Shown: positions 58,647 through 64,000 of the stretch, one piece after another
How positions within the stretch are numbered: the stretch's first letter is position 1
How the letters are laid out: every line of letters begins with the position of its first letter
Notes under the pieces: model-generated
The model's database searches: none
Seen by the model: the letters and a program-made list of their open reading frames with translations, nothing else
Told to the model about the DNA's origin: nothing
Origin: an uncultured virus (IMG/VR IMGVR_UViG_2599185221_000008)
Taxonomy: Duplodnaviria > Heunggongvirae > Uroviricota > Caudoviricetes
DNA: 64,000 bases
Strand: one strand, 5' to 3'
IMG/VR virus record: IMGVR_UViG_2599185221_000008
Translations under genes and position numbers: made by a program

Positions 58647-59591
58647 TTAAATTCGTGTTGCAAAGTCGAGCGAAATCCAGCCATCACGTCCGTCAGCGTA
58701 AGATTTCAGAAGGCCCCATTGAGAGGCTCCCTGACCGCTGGCTTCCTCCACGATGGTGAAGCAGCCCTTGCCGGTGTACTTTCCGACAGTGCCATAGTTA
58801 GTGCCAGGCCCTTTACGGATGTTCAAATCCTCAATGGTGACATTGACCAGATAAGGCGAAAAGCCTGTAGCGGCAGCGCTGCCATAGATGACCTTGCCAT
58901 TTTCATCAAAAACAGCATAGCCAGGATTGGCATCAACCTTTGCTTTGGCATTGGCCAGCACCTTGTAAGCGCCAAGCTGGCTCTTGCTGTCGGCCCAGGT
59001 TTTACGAACACGATACCATACCGTTTTGTCGGTAGTCGGCTCCTGTTGCGTGCTGCCAAGCGCAGCAGTAACCTTTGCCGCCAAATCGCCAAGACAGCTA
59101 TAGAGCCAGTCGCCCGGACAGCTCTTATTGGCAAACCAGCGATGAACTGTAATGACCATTTCATCCGACTTTGGAGCATAGTTCAGGGACTTGCCCTTAT
59201 CGGCAAACCACAACAGCTTGCTCTTACCGTTACGCTGGCAGATGTCAGTGCAGATCTTGATGAGGGTGGCATAAACAGCGCTGTTCATCGCATAAGGCTC
59301 GGTCTTATCACTGGCGCACTCGATGGTGATGGCACGCTGGTCATTGGCATTGCTGGAGGTGCACCAGGAGCGATTCTTCTCCTCGACACAGAGGGAAACA
59401 CGCCCATCCGTGCCGATGCCGTAATTGCAGCTGGCATCACGGCCTGCCGGGAAGCAGGCACAGATGGTTTCTGCGGAAAGCTGACCGACTACGCAGTGAG
59501 GCGTGATGCGGTCGATTGCATGTGTTCTTTGCCCAGAATGGTTTGGGCTAAGGCCGGTGTAAACCACCAGCGGACTGTTTGTGTAAGCCAT
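58647..59591 (-). CDS. Endolysin: amidase_2 plus SH3-like cell-wall-binding domain
   Basis: ITPHCVVG, ASCNYGIG, HRWFANKSCPG; LNIRKGPGTNY, GWISL. Confidence 0.9.
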   Translation of the reverse strand: MAYTNSPLVVYTGLSPNHSGQRTHAIDRITPHCVVGQLSAETICACFPAGRDASCNYGIGTDGRVSLCVEEKNRSWCTSSNANDQRAITIECASDKTEPYAMNSAVYATLIKICTDICQRNGKSKLLWFADKGKSLNYAPKSDEMVITVHRWFANKSCPGDWLYSCLGDLAAKVTAALGSTQQEPTTDKTVWYRVRKTWADSKSQLGAYKVLANAKAKVDANPGYAVFDENGKVIYGSAAATGFSPYLVNVTIEDLNIRKGPGTNYGTVGKYTGKGCFTIVEEASGQGASQWGLLKSYADGRDGWISLDFATRI

Positions 59592-59592
59592 A

Positions 59593-60006
59593 TTATTTGT
59601 CCTCCTTCTCGCTGCGGTCATGGAGCTGCTGCAGCACTGATTTTAGTTTTTCAGGATAAGGCAGGCCTAGATGACCGGCATTTTCCAGAAGGGATACACC
59701 TTCGTTGGAGATGTAGAAAAAGATGATGGCGGTGCGGAGTACGCTGCCGGTACCAATGACCTGAACATCTAAGATGTTGGCAATGCCGACCAGAATAAAA
59801 ATCAGCACCTTGCGGCAGATACCTTTGAAGCCGACCTCGCTGGAGAGCGTTTTGTCCGCAATGGCACACATCACACCGGTGATGTAATCCGCCACCACGA
59901 AGGCGACCAGCGCATAGAGCAGACCGTCACAGCCGCCAAGGAAGTAGCCCAGCCAGCCGCCAATGGCAGCAAAGGCAAATTGAATCGTGTTCCAGAATTT
60001 TTTCAT
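59593..60006 (-). CDS. Holin (phage_holin_4 family)
   Basis: Paralog of 41292-41732; NEGVSLLEN. Confidence 0.88.
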   Translation of the reverse strand: MKKFWNTIQFAFAAIGGWLGYFLGGCDGLLYALVAFVVADYITGVMCAIADKTLSSEVGFKGICRKVLIFILVGIANILDVQVIGTGSVLRTAIIFFYISNEGVSLLENAGHLGLPYPEKLKSVLQQLHDRSEKEDK

Positions 60007-60086
60007 AGTGAGTTCCTCGCTTTCTTTGATTTTGGGTATGAAAAAAGCGGCTGCCCATAACGGACAGTCGCCTGATTCCAAAAGGA

Positions 60087-61481
60087 TTATTGTTCTTGAA
60101 TGATATAGGTGACCTTCATGGTCTTGTCGGCAGTCTTAGTGACAGGCTCCGACAGATTGTTGATGGTGGCCAGATAATTTGCCAGCATCATAAAGTCGCT
60201 GGTAGACCAGTTACCATAGCTGCAGAAATAGTTGAGTGGCTCATTCAGCATTGGCGTATAGCAAATCTGGTTACTACCGCTAAAGATGCGATTACTTTCC
60301 GGCTTCACAGCTTCATTTGTGGCAGAGTTTACGATGTACAGCTCATTGTAGGCGTTTTCGTAATAGATTCTCCCGTTGTAGGCCAGCTGCGGAGTACCAT
60401 TGACGGAGGTCATGCCGGAGTATCTGATTTTTGTTACATTGGCTGCATTTCCAATCTCAAACTTATAAATATCATAAGGGCTGTTATAAGTTCGCAGATA
60501 CACAAAGCCTTCATGCGCAAAAGCAAAGCGCATTCCGTTGGTATTCAGATTCACATCCGTGGTATTGACCATCGTGAATTGCTGAATGCGGAAGTTCTCA
60601 ATGCTGATTTTTGTAATGAGAAAGGTGTCATTCGGCTTCAGGTAGTAGCTGGCAGAAGAAAAGATATACAAGCACTTATTCGCATGGTCGAAATTGTAAG
60701 CAAAATAGCTTGTAGCCATTGCGGTTGCAAGCTCGTCCAAGGCGGTATCCTCTACAAGAGCCTTTTGTGAGTAGGGATTTTCCAACACAGAAACGCTCTG
60801 CAGGTATGCTCTGCGCTGAAGGATGTGAATGGTGTTTGCATTATCGATGCGGAAGTAATAGGCCACATCTGCCTCACGGTCAATGACGAAAAGCATCTCT
60901 GTTTTTTCCAGTGTTAGACCGGAGTATTTATCGCCGGTGACGGCTCCTGTATAGCCGGTATAAACATATTGCAGATTTGCGTCTGAAATCTGAATGCCCA
61001 GAGGATAATTGCTTGTAAATACGGCATCGTTGCTCCCGTAGGAAGTGAAGCCGCCATGAAGATGTGTGAGGCAGACGCAGGCGATTGTTCCGTTTGCCTG
61101 CGAGGTCGCAAAATCGTAGACATATTTCATGTAGCGATTTGTCAGATTCAGCGCGCTCTCGGTTTGATTGAAGCCGCCACGACTTGTTCCGGTTGTGTTA
61201 TTCTGTACGCCATACGCTCCGCAGCCTATCAGCTGGGCCTCTGCCGGAGGGTAGATGTTATTGGCGTTTTCTTCAATGTTATGGTCGAATAGCAGAATGC
61301 CACCCAGCAGCTTCTGGTAATAGGGTGCATAGCTGCTCATGAATTTGCCGGGAGATTTGTTCAGGCCCAGAGGACGGAAAACCTCCGTCAGTGCGTTGGT
61401 AATCATATTGTGTTCAACCACAGTTTTCTTTTCTCCCGTGTGGACATCTGTGAGTTCAATTTTCATAGTACCTTTCAGCAT
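60087..61481 (-). CDS. Tail/baseplate-associated protein
   Basis: EHNMITNAL, DFATSQANGTIACVCLT, LATINNLSEPVTKTADKTMKVTY; position before the holin. Confidence 0.65.
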   Translation of the reverse strand: MLKGTMKIELTDVHTGEKKTVVEHNMITNALTEVFRPLGLNKSPGKFMSSYAPYYQKLLGGILLFDHNIEENANNIYPPAEAQLIGCGAYGVQNNTTGTSRGGFNQTESALNLTNRYMKYVYDFATSQANGTIACVCLTHLHGGFTSYGSNDAVFTSNYPLGIQISDANLQYVYTGYTGAVTGDKYSGLTLEKTEMLFVIDREADVAYYFRIDNANTIHILQRRAYLQSVSVLENPYSQKALVEDTALDELATAMATSYFAYNFDHANKCLYIFSSASYYLKPNDTFLITKISIENFRIQQFTMVNTTDVNLNTNGMRFAFAHEGFVYLRTYNSPYDIYKFEIGNAANVTKIRYSGMTSVNGTPQLAYNGRIYYENAYNELYIVNSATNEAVKPESNRIFSGSNQICYTPMLNEPLNYFCSYGNWSTSDFMMLANYLATINNLSEPVTKTADKTMKVTYIIQEQ

Positions 61482-61495
61482 AGTAAGCGCCTCCT

Positions 61496-63022
61496 TTAAT
61501 TGATATAGGTGATTTTGAAACGGGAGATTGTGGCATTGTCGTGTAATACAAAATGCAGGATGAGAATCTTCGTTTCATTCAAACTGTTATAAAGCTCGTC
61601 CGGGTCTGTGTTAAGCCACTCCGAAAGAGGAATCTCTTCGGAGAAGGTTTCTCCATTATCCAGTGATTGACACAGCCCCACATCACCAGAGAACTGCGCA
61701 GTCATGAGCTTGATTCCAAGAATGGAAATGTGGCTCATATCGACGACAGAAGAAATGATGCTGGGATACGGGTAGGCTTTTATTGTTGCCTTGAGTAAAG
61801 TATCCTCACCGCCTGCCTTCCATAGAAATATGTGTGGGTTAGACAGCGGAGTTAGCAATTCCGGTGCAGGTATTTCTTCGCAGCCATACTTTAGGAACAT
61901 TGCGGCTGTAAGAGCCTGAATGGGTACCTCCTGCAGCTCGTTTTCCGTGACAGTATAAAAGGCACCAGCTTGCTGCAACAGGTAGCCGAAGGAAAAGGCT
62001 CCGGTGTTTTCATACATTGCATAAATGATGTTCCAAGTGCGACCGCCCTCATCCTGATGATAGAAGCTGACCTGCGTTCCTCCACCAGCTCCTGTGCTGT
62101 CAATCAGATTCAAAGGAGTGGTCATATTATTGCAGACCAGTTCCGAAGTTCCAGTGTTGCTGGAGGTTGGGGTCTGGATTACATTCAGGAACATGTCGTT
62201 GTTGCCAAGCAGGAACAGTTCAAGAATAATTCGGTTTTCTTCCACCCGATTGCTATATACGGTGTAGCCCTCAAAGCGTAGTTTCAAAAATTCCAGCCCA
62301 TTGCTGCAGGTGCCAAGTTGACGATAAATGGCCGTAGAACAGGCATCCCGGCGCATGACTTTTAGCTGTTCAGCATTTGCACCAAAGCCAAACCATAGAT
62401 TGCTGGAAATATAAAGTGCTGCAGCAGCGATGCCATTAAACATGAAACCATCAAGGGCCGTGGTGGTAAAGGTGCCGTCATCGTTGTAAGAGGAGCTTAT
62501 GACATTCATAGCTTCACTGGTATTGAGGAAGGGCGTCAGCACTGTTTTTTCTTCTCCGATTTCCGCAATAATCCGGAGCGAGGTGAGCCCGACGTATTTT
62601 ACTCCGGCGCTGGCATCAGAGGTCAGATTAAGTATCAGGCGGTCACAGGCAAAGGGCTGCTCCGGCTCCAATGCACATTTGCCTTTAGAGGTGGCTGGAA
62701 ATTCACCAGAGAGCAGCACTTCTGTCATTTCTTCGTCAGCGTAGACCTCGACCGCCTTTGTGATATGAATGCTTCCTGTGGGTTTGTTGACCAGCTCAAT
62801 ACGATAGATTTTTAGTGGCTTATCAAACACCCATTCAAATTGGGCATTGGTAACAGCGTCACGGCTTTTCCAATGAGTATCTTCGTTCCCATCCAAAGCA
62901 TGATAAGCTGCATAATTTCCAGCATTGACGGAGGTGGCGGATACAGTTCCCCAGGTGTTGTCAGAGTCGAAGATGGGCTGTGCCCACCTTGACCAGTTGT
63001 ACTTGCTTTCATCGATTAACAC
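61496..63022 (-). CDS. Tail protein with N-terminal F5/8 type C (discoidin)-like domain
   Basis: AYHALDGNEDTHW..., WVFDKPLKIYRIEL. Confidence 0.6.
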   Translation of the reverse strand: MLIDESKYNWSRWAQPIFDSDNTWGTVSATSVNAGNYAAYHALDGNEDTHWKSRDAVTNAQFEWVFDKPLKIYRIELVNKPTGSIHITKAVEVYADEEMTEVLLSGEFPATSKGKCALEPEQPFACDRLILNLTSDASAGVKYVGLTSLRIIAEIGEEKTVLTPFLNTSEAMNVISSSYNDDGTFTTTALDGFMFNGIAAAALYISSNLWFGFGANAEQLKVMRRDACSTAIYRQLGTCSNGLEFLKLRFEGYTVYSNRVEENRIILELFLLGNNDMFLNVIQTPTSSNTGTSELVCNNMTTPLNLIDSTGAGGGTQVSFYHQDEGGRTWNIIYAMYENTGAFSFGYLLQQAGAFYTVTENELQEVPIQALTAAMFLKYGCEEIPAPELLTPLSNPHIFLWKAGGEDTLLKATIKAYPYPSIISSVVDMSHISILGIKLMTAQFSGDVGLCQSLDNGETFSEEIPLSEWLNTDPDELYNSLNETKILILHFVLHDNATISRFKITYIN

Positions 63023-64000
63023 AGCTTCACCTCCAAGTTCTCGACCCGTTCATAAGGGTCAGTGTTGATTGCCAGATGCTGCAACTGACCAGCATTGATT
63101 TCTTCGGCGGTAGAAACAGCCGTATAGTCGCTGATAAGACAGAAGGCATCTGCATCGTTCAATTCAATAATCGTCTGGTCGTATTCGCCAGGGAATTTAG
63201 CATCCATCGTAAAGGTCTGGATGACCTCAATAACGCTGATGCGCTCGTTCAAGCGGGCATAGCCAAACTGCATGCCTGCGAAGGCAATACGAGAAATGCG
63301 CTGCTGGATACCAGTGTCTGCTTTTGCCGGAAAGGTCGCCATAACACTATCACGCAGTTCACGGAAGCCAAAGTCTGTATGAACAAAGGGAATGCGCTCG
63401 AAGGACTCTGTAATGCTAATGCGGCCATTCCAGTCACCGATACCAGCAACAAGCCCTTGACCAGTAATCGTGGCACGGATTTGTGATTCTCCAATATCGC
63501 AGCTGCCACCAGAAACCTTCAGGAAAACAGATAGAGTATTCTCGCAGTTTTCAATGACCTGTGAAATTGGATAGAACAGAGTGACGATGTGCTTTCCATC
63601 AATGCAGGTCTTGGTCGGATAGAAGGTCTCCACCTCATCTCCGTTCATTTTGTAAATGATGGTCAGTTCAGGCTCACCTTTATCAGTAAAAGAGTATTTC
63701 ACAGGCTTTGTAACCTGTTCGGTAGTAGCGGTGCCTGCTTCATCGGTGGATTCTTCCTCATAGGTGGCGGTGCCAGATATAGATTTTTTGATTTCATCTG
63801 CATTGATTTCCAGCAGGATTTCAGCCAGAAACATAGCCGAGGTCGTTTCCTTGGAAGTAAAGGTTATCGCCAAAACTTCTGTGGGAGAGGAGCCGATGTG
63901 GAAGGGCGATACATTGACGAAGTTGTAAACGACAATTTTATCGGATTCTATTTGATTCAAAAGCCCGGTGATGTTCTTATCGTTTTTACTTTTGGCAGCT
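63016..64000 (-). CDS. Phage tail protein, 5'-truncated by the window edge
   Basis: Frame remains open to position 64000 (AAKSKNDKNITGLLNQ...). Confidence 0.65.
   Translation of the reverse strand, partial: AAKSKNDKNITGLLNQIESDKIVVYNFVNVSPFHIGSSPTEVLAITFTSKETTSAMFLAEILLEINADEIKKSISGTATYEEESTDEAGTATTEQVTKPVKYSFTDKGEPELTIIYKMNGDEVETFYPTKTCIDGKHIVTLFYPISQVIENCENTLSVFLKVSGGSCDIGESQIRATITGQGLVAGIGDWNGRISITESFERIPFVHTDFGFRELRDSVMATFPAKADTGIQQRISRIAFAGMQFGYARLNERISVIEVIQTFTMDAKFPGEYDQTIIELNDADAFCLISDYTAVSTAEEINAGQLQHLAINTDPYERVENLEVKLC

Larger units (their letters stand above)
53765..64000 (-). mobile_element. Prophage 2 (partial; tail, lysis, triple serine recombinase), inverted relative to prophage 1
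   Basis: Paralogous holin, SHOCT and recombinase genes on the - strand; visibly higher GC; left boundary uncertain (may include 52074-53702). Confidence 0.85.

Noticed and set aside
58719..59726. 335-aa + strand ORF
   Set aside because: Antisense shadow of the endolysin and holin in a GC-richer region; no motifs
1..64000. tRNA, rRNA, IS transposase or group II intron
   Set aside because: None recognised by eye; tRNAscan-SE or cmscan would be needed to exclude small RNAs

Overview
The window is from a Bacillota (probably Clostridia) chromosome and consists almost entirely of two related temperate siphophage-like elements in opposite orientation. Element 1 (+ strand) starts left of the window and probably ends at about 51.8 kb in a displaced rlmD/rumA 3' end. 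In order, it carries: a CglI/NgoAVII-type restriction module (PLD nuclease plus SF2/Z1 ATPase) divergent from an ImmA/IrrE-HTH regulator; a sigma-like gene behind a highly structured leader; a PolA/VapE replication module; a MetK-methyltransferase-amidoligase cassette between terS and terL; HK97-type head and tail genes; lysis genes; a SHOCT plus triple serine-recombinase cassette; and an AT-rich cargo operon. Element 2 (- strand, about 53.8 kb to beyond the window, visibly more GC-rich) shows tail, lysis and a paralogous SHOCT plus triple-recombinase cassette. The most notable signals are: (1) a C5 methyltransferase with about 8 tandem TRD-like modules and a nested +1-frame ORF with its own SD that resembles the M.EcoHK31I beta subunit; (2) a switch-like RNA leader able to sequester the SD of the sigma-like gene; (3) three copies of a fixed-spacing promoter-like motif that link the sigma factor to replication, the antirepressor and a candidate excision factor; (4) stacked att-like scars at the rlmD 3' end. 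All protein assignments come from motif recognition by eye; no database searches were run.
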